A stretch of DNA of 64,000 nucleotides from Dendrobates tinctorius (Eukaryota). A program made the translations under genes and the position numbers. The stretch is from assembly GCF_039654945.1 (NCBI RefSeq), contig NW_027361714.1, positions 50,282,001 to 50,346,000 on the forward strand. Direction: 5' to 3'. The notes under the pieces were generated by a model. The model did no database searches and was not told the DNA's origin. It saw only the letters and a list, made by a program, of their open reading frames with translations. This document shows, piece after piece, positions 63,910-64,000 of the stretch (positions within the stretch are counted from its first letter, which is position 1; the number at the start of each line of letters is the position of its first letter).

Positions 63910-64000
63910 TAGTGGTGTTCTGCGGTCCCCTAGTAATTTGGACAGGAAGGTCGGGCGAGAAGATGTGGGTGTTTATTGTGGCACAATTTCAAATTGTTCA

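Overview
Eukaryotic, repeat-saturated DNA with no supportable host gene. The repeat repertoire points to a frog (anuran) genome, which is an inference. The window is almost entirely nested transposable elements. DNA transposons include a full-length two-gene Harbinger (intact 7-exon MADF/BESS-like gene, transposase disabled by one nonsense codon), a large hAT with a pseudogenised BED-finger transposase and 131-bp arrays, and many hAT, Harbinger, piggyBac and Kolobok non-autonomous elements. Retroelements include a decayed Gypsy chromovirus, an ERV gag relic, CR1 and Penelope fragments, tRNA-derived SINEs and solo LTRs; Tc1 fragments are also present. Two observations stand out. (1) Two divergent LTR elements primed by tRNA-Ser show no recognisable gag/pol and instead carry homologous ORFs ending in a cold-shock domain (about 43.6-43.8 kb and 49.6-49.8 kb). 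(2) A 353-bp tandem repeat carries intact type I hammerhead ribozymes (retrozyme-like) at 21.2-24.1 kb. All calls are by eye; no alignments or database searches were run.
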